A DNA stretch of 64,000 nt from an uncultured Alphaproteobacteria bacterium (GTDB lineage Bacteria; Pseudomonadota; Alphaproteobacteria; RF32; CAG-239). Positions 55,359 through 64,000 of this stretch are shown piece after piece. The notes under the pieces are model-generated. The model ran no database searches and was not told the origin of the DNA. It saw only the letters and a list, made by a program, of their open reading frames with translations. The translations under genes were made by a program, and so were the position numbers. Where the stretch lies: positions 79,586-143,585 of the forward strand of contig CALYAW010000002.1 of assembly GCA_944393685.1 (NCBI GenBank), written 5' to 3'. Numbering within the stretch: the stretch's first letter is position 1; every line of letters starts with the position of its first letter.

Positions 55359-56324
55359 CTATTCTTCAATATAGTTATCAAAATAACGATTCACTTCTGC
55401 TATTGCCTCGTTCAAATTATCTATTCTCACATAATTTTCTCGAAATTTGCGAGCATCTCGCATATTCTTGCAATACCAACACACATATTTGCGAGAAAGT
55501 CCTAATGCAATCTTTTCTCCATAGTAATCCACTAGCCCTTTAATATGTGTTAATAATGTTTGTTTAACAATCTCTTTTGATATCTTAGGCTCTTCTGTCC
55601 CTTGTTCCAAATAATTATGAATTTGTGCAATTAACCATGGATTTCCTAAAGCGGCACGCCCAACCATGACGCCATCCGCCCCTGTATAAGTTAACAGTTC
55701 TTTTGCCTTTTGGGGGGATGTCACATCTCCGTTGCCGATAACCGGTATTTTTACCGCTTGTTTTACCGATGCTATAATGTCCCAGTCGGCTTGACCAGAA
55801 TAAAATTCCGCACGCGTCCTCCCATGAACTGTGATATATGACGCTCCGGCGTTTTCACACATTTGGGCAAACTTAACAGCATTAATGTGTGAAGAATCCC
55901 AACCTTTGCGGAATTTGACACTTACTTTCAAGGGGGTGGCTTGAACTACTTTCTTTATAATCCGTTCTGCAAGCGATATATCTTTCATAAGATACGAGCC
56001 CGAATTATTGCCAACAATTTTTTTGACCGGACAACCCATATTTATATCTATGGAATAAGCCCCAAGTTCATATGCAAATTGTGCCGCATCAACAAATAAG
56101 TCTGGTTCTCCTCCTACCAATTGCACAACAACTTTATAAGGCTCTTGTCTTACATCTGCAATCCGCCACGTCTTTGCATTCTTACGTGATAAAGCATTGA
56201 TTGCCACCATTTCAGAAACAATGTTGCCCGAACCAAATGATGATACCAACCGTCTCATCGGATAATCGGTGATTCCCGCCATGGGAGCTAAAAATACTTT
56301 GCTGTTAAAATCAAGTATCTGCAT
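55359..56324 (-). CDS. dusB: tRNA-dihydrouridine synthase (DusB-like)
   Basis: 'FLAPMAGITDYPMRRL', 'VQLVGGEP', 'IDINMGCPVKK' (catalytic Cys), 'VSVKFRKGW', 'TVHGRTR'. Confidence 0.9.
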   Translation of the reverse strand: MQILDFNSKVFLAPMAGITDYPMRRLVSSFGSGNIVSEMVAINALSRKNAKTWRIADVRQEPYKVVVQLVGGEPDLFVDAAQFAYELGAYSIDINMGCPVKKIVGNNSGSYLMKDISLAERIIKKVVQATPLKVSVKFRKGWDSSHINAVKFAQMCENAGASYITVHGRTRAEFYSGQADWDIIASVKQAVKIPVIGNGDVTSPQKAKELLTYTGADGVMVGRAALGNPWLIAQIHNYLEQGTEEPKISKEIVKQTLLTHIKGLVDYYGEKIALGLSRKYVCWYCKNMRDARKFRENYVRIDNLNEAIAEVNRYFDNYIEE

Positions 56325-56663
56325 TTACACCTTAAAATCAAATTCACGATTGTTGGTAAACATCAAATCTATCAAAACCGTTGATGGTTTATTTACTCTT
56401 GAGACATAGTCATAACTATCGCTAACATAGCTCGCATCAATTTGTTGTCCGGAATAAGACATCATATGGTAAGAGACATCGCTCTTGAGCAATGAATAGG
56501 CTCTTTCGCTTAATTGTCCTCCATAACCGTAAGATGCTACTTCCCCTCGCAGCGCATAATCCTTACTATCCTCAAAAACTTTTTTATACTTTATTTTATC
56601 AACAGAAACAGAGATTTCTTGCTGAAGCGATGACAAATAACTATTTAAGACAGGTGCTTTCAT
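56325..56663 (-). CDS. Hypothetical Ser/Tyr-rich protein (112 aa)
   Basis: Tightly packed between the 1394-aa gene (9-nt gap) and dusB (0-nt gap), so probably co-transcribed; no recognisable domain. Confidence 0.45.
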   Translation of the reverse strand: MKAPVLNSYLSSLQQEISVSVDKIKYKKVFEDSKDYALRGEVASYGYGGQLSERAYSLLKSDVSYHMMSYSGQQIDASYVSDSYDYVSRVNKPSTVLIDLMFTNNREFDFKV

Positions 56664-56672
56664 ATCTTAATC

Positions 56673-59600
56673 TCAATTAAGCTTATCCAATGCTTTAGCT
56701 AAAATATAATAAAGTTTTCCGATATCTGCTCCAGAAATCACAGATAGCAAAACTCCCGAATGTTCATGAGATTTTGCTGCGCTGATTAGAACTTCAAATT
56801 CAGAAAGGTATGAGCTTATTAACCCCCTAAACTCATTATTTTTCTCAAATTCACTGCGAATAGCCGTAATTTGCTGTTTCGTCATGTTTTTAGATAGATA
56901 ACGAATAAATACCCCGCTGTCACCATTATAGAATTTTTTCCATAAATCTTCTTCATCTTTGGGATTAAATATTCTATTAATATCAACCGAAACATTTTGT
57001 AATTTTTCTATAATGCCGGCTGCATCTTTTAAGAAATGCTCAATCTTTATTTCTTGATGCGCTGAACTCAACTCTCCTAATGTCTCATTGGCTTTCTTGG
57101 TGCTTTCATTTAGTTGTTTTATTTGTTTGCCAATAACGTCATTAAAGTGCATACTTTGCTGAACAAGATTATCTCCTTGCAAACCAAAATCTTTTCCGGC
57201 CTCTAACAAAGATCCCATTACGGAATTAATCTTGGCCACTGTATCATCTGTTGTGGCGACCAAAGCTTGTGACTGTTTTACAAAAACTTCCCCTGAGGAG
57301 AATATCTCGTTTGATATTCTTTCGGCATTTGCGGCAATTTCACTAATGGAGGCTCGCAATTTATCTCCGGAAGATGTTAAATGTGTTGCGCTTACTTTTG
57401 CTGCCTCTTCCATCTGCATTCCAAGATTTTTTAAATCCTTGCCCAATCCTTTTACCTTGTCATAAGCATCGTTGGCTCTTTCTGCCAACTCATTGGAGGT
57501 ATCATTAAGTACCGTATTAAAACAATCAACCAGTTTTTTGGTATCATCTGATATTTTCACCATTTTTGCGCTTTGATCGCTTATGAGATTATTTATCTCA
57601 TAAACACTGGTACTGGTTTCTGCTGTTACGGTATTGAAGCCTGCTAAATATTTTTCGTATTCCTTAAATACCTTGGCAAACTCAGCTATTGACGAATTAA
57701 TCGCCTCATTTAAATCTTCCGTATTTTGTGTTAATGTTAAGCTGACTTGATCCATATTCTTCATGGATGCTTTTGATGCCTTGTTTACATCTTCTCCGGC
57801 TTTGATTAATCGATCACTCAAAACATCAAATTCATACGCAAGTTTGGTAGTCATATCAAACATATCTGCAGTATTGTTCTTGAAACTATCATTAACTTCT
57901 TTCATCTTATTCGAAACTTGTAGTGATGCATCTGTCAAATACTGATATTGCTGAGCTAAAGATGTTTCTCCCAAGCGGCTTTGCGTTGCTAATGTATTGG
58001 CTACTTCTACCATGCTCTCAGCTTGAGAAGAAAGCATTCTGTTGATTTCTTCTCCTTGTGCTTGTGCCTTAAGCATTGAAATATCTATATTCTTAGTGTG
58101 CTCATTGATAAGTTTTACCACGTTGGATGTTTCTTTGCTCAAGTTGGTTTGTGCAGCCGAAAGCTCGTTGCAACTTGACAGTATACCAGAGCTAGAGATT
58201 TTTGCTTCCTCTTTTAATTGCTTTGCATTATTTGTAAACATGTTGAGAGCTTCTTGCATTTTGCCTGAAATACTCCGTAGGTTTTCAGACACTTCTTCAA
58301 CCATATGCGAAATATTGGTGTTTTTGGATGCTATCAGTTCTTCTATCTCGTTTAAGCGTTCTATCGACTGTGTCGAGTTGGCAACAACAGAATCCGCATG
58401 CCGAGAGGTATCTTCTTCCAACATGACCATGCGTGAAAATACTTTATCCGCACTCTGCTCTATAATACCAACTTGCTTCTTGAGCGCTTCTTTCATTATA
58501 TCGGCATTTTCTGCTATCTTGTCGCAAAAACTATAAAATTCATCTTCTTGTTGCTTAAACAATATATTAAGAGACGCTGCTTTGGCATCCATCCCTTGAG
58601 CCACTTCTGCAACATATGAAGCTGTGCTTCTTGATATATCATTCAGACCTTTACTTTGTTCTTCAAAGGAATTCATGGCCTTGGTCAAGCTCTCTTGTGA
58701 CAATTGGGTCATATCATTAATATTTTTGTGTTGACGGATCAATATATCTTCAATATTAGCCGCTCGTTCTCCAATGACCTGCATAAGATTATCCATGTTT
58801 TGGTTTTGAACGGTTAAGACACTCTCAAATTGCGTTACTTTTGAAAGTGTGCGATTTGCTGAAGTATCAAATTGATTGGCTTGCTCTGATAAATTATCAT
58901 TAATTGCTTTGCTCTTATTAATAACATCATTACATGATGCCAACATAATATTCAAATTTTGCTTTAGAGTATTAACGGTATCCGCGGCATCACTCTCCAA
59001 CAATGCCGAGGCTGATGACAAATCCTCAATTTGTCGTTTGAGTTCTGATTTGATTTCTTCAACTCTGGCTGCTGAAGCTGTAATATTCTTTTGTTGTTGT
59101 GCCAATGATGTTTCACTTACCTGACTTTGAGCAACAACAACTGTTGTTGCTTCCGTGAGTAGTGCCGCATGTTTCTGCATCGCATCTGCAATCTCGCTCA
59201 TTTGTCGTGATGAATCAGAAGACTGGTTGCGCAGATTTTCTGATGAAGTATTTATTAATTCATTAAGCTCTTGTATCTGTGCATTTACACTGGAAATTGT
59301 TTCTTTGATGTGTTTGTGGCGAGCAAGCAATACATCTCCGGCTTGTGCCGACTTATCTAATACATCCGAACTTAGTCGCTCTAAATCAGATGTCTTTTCT
59401 TGCAAGTCTTCTATATATTGATGCAAATCATCACTTGCCATTGTACTTTTTTCTCGCAATGAGTTTATGTTGGCTTCCATTGACAGGTCAACTCGTTGCA
59501 TTGCATCTATTACTTGAGAAGAAACATTGTTCATCTTTGAAACTTGAGTAGAAATACTGTCCTCAAGGTTGTTACTGCGAACCATTAGTTTGTCTATTTC

Positions 59601-60857
59601 TTGTGCCAAAAGATCACTGTGAACGGATAATTTAGCATTTACATCTTCTGCTTTGGTATCTAATGTCTTTATCAATGTAACCATGTCGTGATTATGTTTG
59701 GTCATCGCAGTATCGACTTTTTTTATCTGCGTATCTATTGAACCGTCCAAACCTTGCACGGTTTTTTGAATTTTATTGTCTATTTCTATTATATTATCTG
59801 CTGCTTTTTTACCCAGCTCATCTATTTTGGATTTGAGAACATCATTTGCAACGGCAATTGATTTTTCAAGTTTTTCTGTATGCGTTTCGACCAATGCTCC
59901 AAGTTTTTCTACTTCTGTCGAAACCGATTTCTTTATAATATTGCCGTTTTCAATGGCGCTTCGCGCTATATTTTGCAGCATGGATGTTTGTGTATCAAGT
60001 GTTTCGCTTAAATTTGCAAGATTAGCCGTTGCCTCACTGTTAAACTGACGCAACTCTTCATTAGCGCGATGCATAGAATGGTTGTTGGCATCAGAAATAT
60101 TATGCAAAAGTTCTGCTGCTTCTTTCAATTCTTTGATTCTTGGCAATAAATTATTAAACAAATTACCAAGATTATTTTCAATATCAGCGGCTTCTTCGCT
60201 AAAATCTTTGTTCATTTCGCTAAATGTGGCAATAGAACTCTTCGTTTTATCCGTTATGTTCTCAAAATTTTGGGAAATAAATTTTACACTCTCACTTAAC
60301 TCTACTATTGTTTTAGATGAATATGTATCTAATGTCGCTATCAATTTGGAGAGTTCTGCAATATTAGATTTCATTTCATCTTTTATGATTGCTGTTTGTT
60401 GTGTCGCTGCCTTGGAGACCTGCTGTAATTCAACAACCTGAGATCTTATTGCGTCTGCCATGGCTTTTGCCGTTTGCGGTGCACCATCTTCAGGATAGAC
60501 AAGCTGATTCATGTACGCACGCAAAAATTTGGCTTCTTGCTTAAAAGAACTACCTCTATCAATATAAGCCATAACAACCCATATGATTGCCAACGGAAGT
60601 GTTATGCCTGCCAAAAATCCGCCAAACTCGTCTGGCATCATCAAAAATAGATTTGACCAACCAAAAAACTGCGTAATATATATTAAAACAACTCCAAACC
60701 ATATGATACTGACACTTATCATTAGTTTGTGCAAATTGTTGTTTAGCCACGATTGTTTTTCTTCAATCTCGGTGTATGTCGGCTGTTCTTTCATAAATTG
60801 TGGAAGAGAGTTGTTCGCTTTGGACCGACTGCTGTCAGTTTGTTGACTGGACATCAA
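56673..60857 (-). CDS. Giant (1394 aa) membrane-anchored coiled-coil protein
   Basis: Two N-terminal TM helices (ISVSIIWFGVVLIYITQFF; FLAGITLPLAIIWVVMAY), then ~1200 aa of low-complexity Ser/Glu/Lys/Asn/Gln-rich heptad-like sequence with recurring '...LSE..N..' modules and a distinct C-terminal ~130-aa domain. The continuous ORF and its strong codon bias support a real gene. Confidence 0.7.
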   Translation of the reverse strand: MMSSQQTDSSRSKANNSLPQFMKEQPTYTEIEEKQSWLNNNLHKLMISVSIIWFGVVLIYITQFFGWSNLFLMMPDEFGGFLAGITLPLAIIWVVMAYIDRGSSFKQEAKFLRAYMNQLVYPEDGAPQTAKAMADAIRSQVVELQQVSKAATQQTAIIKDEMKSNIAELSKLIATLDTYSSKTIVELSESVKFISQNFENITDKTKSSIATFSEMNKDFSEEAADIENNLGNLFNNLLPRIKELKEAAELLHNISDANNHSMHRANEELRQFNSEATANLANLSETLDTQTSMLQNIARSAIENGNIIKKSVSTEVEKLGALVETHTEKLEKSIAVANDVLKSKIDELGKKAADNIIEIDNKIQKTVQGLDGSIDTQIKKVDTAMTKHNHDMVTLIKTLDTKAEDVNAKLSVHSDLLAQEIDKLMVRSNNLEDSISTQVSKMNNVSSQVIDAMQRVDLSMEANINSLREKSTMASDDLHQYIEDLQEKTSDLERLSSDVLDKSAQAGDVLLARHKHIKETISSVNAQIQELNELINTSSENLRNQSSDSSRQMSEIADAMQKHAALLTEATTVVVAQSQVSETSLAQQQKNITASAARVEEIKSELKRQIEDLSSASALLESDAADTVNTLKQNLNIMLASCNDVINKSKAINDNLSEQANQFDTSANRTLSKVTQFESVLTVQNQNMDNLMQVIGERAANIEDILIRQHKNINDMTQLSQESLTKAMNSFEEQSKGLNDISRSTASYVAEVAQGMDAKAASLNILFKQQEDEFYSFCDKIAENADIMKEALKKQVGIIEQSADKVFSRMVMLEEDTSRHADSVVANSTQSIERLNEIEELIASKNTNISHMVEEVSENLRSISGKMQEALNMFTNNAKQLKEEAKISSSGILSSCNELSAAQTNLSKETSNVVKLINEHTKNIDISMLKAQAQGEEINRMLSSQAESMVEVANTLATQSRLGETSLAQQYQYLTDASLQVSNKMKEVNDSFKNNTADMFDMTTKLAYEFDVLSDRLIKAGEDVNKASKASMKNMDQVSLTLTQNTEDLNEAINSSIAEFAKVFKEYEKYLAGFNTVTAETSTSVYEINNLISDQSAKMVKISDDTKKLVDCFNTVLNDTSNELAERANDAYDKVKGLGKDLKNLGMQMEEAAKVSATHLTSSGDKLRASISEIAANAERISNEIFSSGEVFVKQSQALVATTDDTVAKINSVMGSLLEAGKDFGLQGDNLVQQSMHFNDVIGKQIKQLNESTKKANETLGELSSAHQEIKIEHFLKDAAGIIEKLQNVSVDINRIFNPKDEEDLWKKFYNGDSGVFIRYLSKNMTKQQITAIRSEFEKNNEFRGLISSYLSEFEVLISAAKSHEHSGVLLSVISGADIGKLYYILAKALDKLN

Positions 60858-60987
60858 TTTAATTCCCCATTGTATAGATAATATTCCCCTTGCCTTTTCA
60901 GACTGTGCTTATCTTAATCCATAAAATTTAAAAAGGGAAATATTTATACTTCTAGAATCGCATTTTATCCACATGTCAAAATAAAAT

Positions 60988-61170
60988 TTATTCTTCTTCC
61001 GCTCGTTTTCGCAAAACATAGTTAAGACGACTTAGGGCCTGAATTTTCATTTGCTCTTGTGTTAAACCAGCTGGTACAACAACACTCGCCTCTATTCGTG
61101 TCTCCGGCTCTATGGCCGTAACTTTGACGCTTGAACCATGCCTAACAAACTCAAACAGAATTTCACTCAT
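60988..61170 (-). CDS. Small hypothetical protein (60 aa)
   Basis: Overlaps the upstream 274-aa gene by 4 nt (translational coupling). Confidence 0.35.
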   Translation of the reverse strand: MSEILFEFVRHGSSVKVTAIEPETRIEASVVVPAGLTQEQMKIQALSRLNYVLRKRAEEE

Positions 61171-61991
61171 CTTATTCCTCGTGCTGCAGCTGGTGAAAAA
61201 ATTACGGCGGAGGTTAATAATCTTTTTACTTTTACCTCTCGGCTTTTGTATTTAAAATCATTGGTTTTATTAAAAATAACTTTACGTCGGCTATCATCAT
61301 AGCCTCGTGCAACATATCCCTGCTCTATCAATGCTGAAACATTATCTATATCCATTTCTTCATAAGATAGTTCTTGAGGAATATGGCTTATGTTAAACAT
61401 GGTTTCTTTTCCTATCTCTTTTGACATATATATTATGTGACCGCCGTCATCTGGATCTATGGCCGCTTGTGTAATACACATTCCATTACGAAAACCATTA
61501 CGATAACTATAAAAATTTTTAATATCTACCATCGTGACAGCATAACGACGTCCATGTTCCTGATAAGCTATTTTTTGACGTAAGGCATTCATAATTGAGG
61601 CAAGATTATTACCTCTATAAGCCGGATTAACCGAAGCCTGCTCTAAAACCGCGATTTTATCTGCTTCGTAATCTAATGCAAAATTCGGCAAAACATTATC
61701 TATTGTCCTTTGATTAACAAAGTTGGCCGACGCATATGCTATTAAATTTTCTCCACAAAATGCTCCTATGAATAAATGTTGCGGATTTTGAATCATTTTT
61801 CGAAAATCATCCGATGACTTCTTGTGTATAAAACATTCTTGCCCCGGCTTTAAATTATCTAATATAATTTTGTGTAAAGTCGTTATTGCCAATATATCTT
61901 TTTCTTGAAGATGACGAATTTGGTAAGGTTCATTATTCTTGCGTAAACGCGCATTCAAAATCACTGGAGTTGCAGACATAGCTTTCCTCAA
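61167..61991 (-). CDS. GNAT-fold N-acyltransferase-like protein (274 aa)
   Basis: Putative acyl-CoA-binding region 'LEQASVNPAYRGNNLASIMNALRQKIAYQEHG'. The family is not resolved. Confidence 0.4.
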   Translation of the reverse strand: MRKAMSATPVILNARLRKNNEPYQIRHLQEKDILAITTLHKIILDNLKPGQECFIHKKSSDDFRKMIQNPQHLFIGAFCGENLIAYASANFVNQRTIDNVLPNFALDYEADKIAVLEQASVNPAYRGNNLASIMNALRQKIAYQEHGRRYAVTMVDIKNFYSYRNGFRNGMCITQAAIDPDDGGHIIYMSKEIGKETMFNISHIPQELSYEEMDIDNVSALIEQGYVARGYDDSRRKVIFNKTNDFKYKSREVKVKRLLTSAVIFSPAAARGIR

Positions 61992-62204
61992 ATAGAAATT
62001 ATCAATGTTTATTTAGGATAAAAGGCCTTAAACACAGGCTCAAGGGAGCCCCCCTGCCGGAATTTAAATTCCGGCGGTCAGTTTTCGTTTGCATATGTCT
62101 TGCAAAATAAAATACATTAAAAACTCCGACACTTGTATGTTCCGTATAAAGATAATGGGGCTTTACCCTTGTGTCAAGCCCCTTTTCTCTTTAATCTTAA
62201 TTCT

Positions 62205-64000
62205 CTAGCCCATAAATTTATTGTTTTTCGGAAAACCAAACGGCACAAGTTTGCCGACTTGAGCTCGATGCCCAATCCATGTCAACAAATCTGTTTCAGT
62301 CTTCATTCCGCCGGAACGAGCATACTTAAAACCTTCCTCTTTCTTAAATATCTGGACATCAGCCAAACCACCGTCTTTATACTTTTGCAAAGAGACTCCT
62401 CTGCCTCTGGCCATTGTCGGAACCTCTTCAAGTGGAAAAATTAATAACTTACGATTTTCGCCAACAACAGCAACCATATCGCCTTCTATCTTGGTACAGA
62501 AATTGACCTTTTCTCCATCGGCAACATTCATGATCTTGCGACCGCCTCGCGTTTGCGCTATTATATGGTTTTCATCTATCACAAAGCCTCTGCCGCTATT
62601 GGATGCTATCAAATACGATGCTTTTGCCTCAAAAACAAACATACTGACAATATTATCCGTATTACCTAAATCAACCATCAGACGTAGCGGCTGACCAAAA
62701 CCTCTACCACTTGGAATCTCACTGCCGGATATATTGAAAAATTTACCCGAATTATCAAGCAAAACTATCTTATCCGTTGTTTGGGCATGAATTGCCATTA
62801 ATAGACTGTCATCATCCTTAAATTTAAAATCTTCTTTAAGATCATTGTGACCTTTGGTACAGCGAATCCATCCTTTTTGAGATAAAATAACCGTTATGGG
62901 CTCTTTTTCAACCATGGCTTCTATTGAAATTTCAATATCATCGGAAACTTCAGAAAATTCCGTACGACGACGCCCTAAAGCCGTCTTCTTACCAAATTTC
63001 TCTCGGATTGCTTTGACTTCTTCGGCAATTCTTTGCCACAAAAGTTCTTCACTGCCAAGTAATTTTTCCAACCCCTCTTTTTCTGCTGTCAATTCGTCAA
63101 ATTCTTTGCGAATTTCTGCCTCTTCCAACTTGCGTAAATTCCGCAATTTCATATTTAGAATCGCTTCCGCCTGATTTTCACTCAGACTGAATTTATTCAT
63201 CATCACCTGTTTGGGATCTTCTTCCTCGCGGATAATGCGTATAATCTCATCCAAATTGAGATATGCAATCAAATAACCTGAAAGTATTTCCAGACGATTG
63301 TTAATTTTACCGAGACGATAATTGGAACGGCGGATTAAAACTTTTTGGCGATGGTTTAAGTATTCCCGCAACACCTCTTTTATGCTCATAACCCGAGGAA
63401 CTCCATCAGAATCCAATACGTTCATATTCATATTGAACTTGATTTCCAATTCCGTTTGTTTGAACAAAAGTTCCATCAATACATTGGCATCAACATTACG
63501 ATTTTTGGGTTCAAGCACGATGCGAACATCATGTGTCGACTCATCTCTGACGTCGCTTAATAACGGAACTTTCTTATCCTGTAGTAATTGAGCAATTTTT
63601 TCTATCAATTTGGATTTTACAACCTGATATGGTATCTCGGTTATAATAATCTGATATTGCCCCATACCAAGATCTTCTTTTTCCCATTTGGCGCGGATTC
63701 GAAAATTTCCTTTTCCTTGGGTATAAGCGTCTAATATGGTTGAAAACTTATCAACAATAATGCCTCCGGTCGGAAAGTCAGGCCCTTTTATCTTACGTAC
63801 CAAAGGCTCTATTTCAATATCCGGTTTATCTATCAATAACAATAAAGCATCACAAACTTCCGAAAGATTATGCGGCGGAATATTTGTTGCCATACCAACA
63901 GCAATACCAGAGGCTCCGTTACATAACAGATTAGGCACAGCCCCCGGCATAACAACAGGTTCTGATTCCTCGCCGTCGTATGTATCTCTGAAGTCTACAG
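62205..64000 (-). CDS. parC: DNA topoisomerase IV subunit A (ParC), partial; the N-terminus lies beyond the window end
   Basis: 'NGASGIAVGMATNIPPHNL' type IIA topoisomerase motif near the window end; the frame is open to 64000. The C-terminal beta-pinwheel lacks a GyrA box, and the projected length (~745 aa) fits ParC rather than GyrA. Confidence 0.8.
   Translation of the reverse strand, partial: VDFRDTYDGEESEPVVMPGAVPNLLCNGASGIAVGMATNIPPHNLSEVCDALLLLIDKPDIEIEPLVRKIKGPDFPTGGIIVDKFSTILDAYTQGKGNFRIRAKWEKEDLGMGQYQIIITEIPYQVVKSKLIEKIAQLLQDKKVPLLSDVRDESTHDVRIVLEPKNRNVDANVLMELLFKQTELEIKFNMNMNVLDSDGVPRVMSIKEVLREYLNHRQKVLIRRSNYRLGKINNRLEILSGYLIAYLNLDEIIRIIREEEDPKQVMMNKFSLSENQAEAILNMKLRNLRKLEEAEIRKEFDELTAEKEGLEKLLGSEELLWQRIAEEVKAIREKFGKKTALGRRRTEFSEVSDDIEISIEAMVEKEPITVILSQKGWIRCTKGHNDLKEDFKFKDDDSLLMAIHAQTTDKIVLLDNSGKFFNISGSEIPSGRGFGQPLRLMVDLGNTDNIVSMFVFEAKASYLIASNSGRGFVIDENHIIAQTRGGRKIMNVADGEKVNFCTKIEGDMVAVVGENRKLLIFPLEEVPTMARGRGVSLQKYKDGGLADVQIFKKEEGFKYARSGGMKTETDLLTWIGHRAQVGKLVPFGFPKNNKFMG

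Noticed and set aside
57232-60441. Several long plus-strand ORFs (57232..57465, 58042..58536, 58876..59124, 59155..59421, 59776..60048, 60082..60441) rich in Ser/Ala/Leu/Cys
   Set aside because: All lie antisense within the 1394-aa low-complexity coiled-coil gene. They are frame artefacts of its repetitive codon composition (reverse reading of GAA/AAA/TCA-rich repeats), with no RBS.}
60988-61991. Classic GNAT-RHH toxin-antitoxin interpretation of the 274-aa/60-aa pair
   Set aside because: The gene order (large GNAT first, small protein second) and the GNAT size do not fit AtaRT/TacAT-type modules. I kept it only as a low-confidence possibility.
62133-62444. 103-aa plus-strand ORF overlapping the 3' end of parC and the structured intergenic region
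   Set aside because: It spans a terminator-like hairpin and runs antisense into parC, with no RBS. The region is better explained as regulatory/structured RNA.
1-64000. Search for CRISPR arrays, IS elements/transposases, integrases, phage genes or restriction-modification/defence systems
   Set aside because: I found no short regularly spaced direct repeats, no transposase/integrase-like ORFs and no recognisable defence-island genes. The candidate foreign gene at 12.5 kb has no mobility genes or flanking repeats.

Overview
This is an AT-rich (~33-35% GC by eye) Gram-negative chromosomal segment. Proteobacterial and likely alphaproteobacterial features: an Hfq ending '...[21 protein letters not shown]', a dusB-trkA-hfq-hflX block, a dacA-tmk-holB-tatD-MBL block, and MlaD, RlpA-SPOR, MltB-like and DacA envelope genes. 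Most of the window is housekeeping: MetG, ProRS, thymidylate kinase, DNA pol III delta', TatD, TrkA/TrkH, Hfq/HflX, DusB, a partial ParC, two tRNAs (Lys-CTT on the minus strand, Ser-TGA on the plus strand), and Fur plus rubrerythrin behind a canonical Fur box. The standout is a 22.9-kb, 24-gene co-directional minus-strand polycistron at 16503..39416 with no intergenic gap longer than 12 nt. It combines a complete pseudaminic-acid-type nonulosonic-acid pathway (PseB, PseC, PseF, a NeuB-family synthase, plus a formyltransferase, an AAC(3)-M28 fusion and a TIM-barrel isomerase) with an acyl side-chain factory. That factory has a LuxC/LuxE/AMP-ligase/ACP set reminiscent of the Vibrio cholerae O1 rfbKLMNO tetronate genes, a split transketolase, and two FabH-like KAS III / SDR / ACP triplets. 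A WecE/WecD-like 4-amino-6-deoxyhexose N-acyl branch sits at the head of the operon, and a KpsS/LpsZ-like capsule-family transferase terminates it. Other points of interest: a ~50% GC foreign-looking gene in a 33% GC background (12492..13640); an archaeal-type ProRS; a 1394-aa membrane-anchored coiled-coil protein co-transcribed with dusB-trkA-hfq-hflX; and a 750-bp gene-free, hairpin- and motif-rich leader upstream of the big operon. I found no CRISPR, IS elements or integrases.
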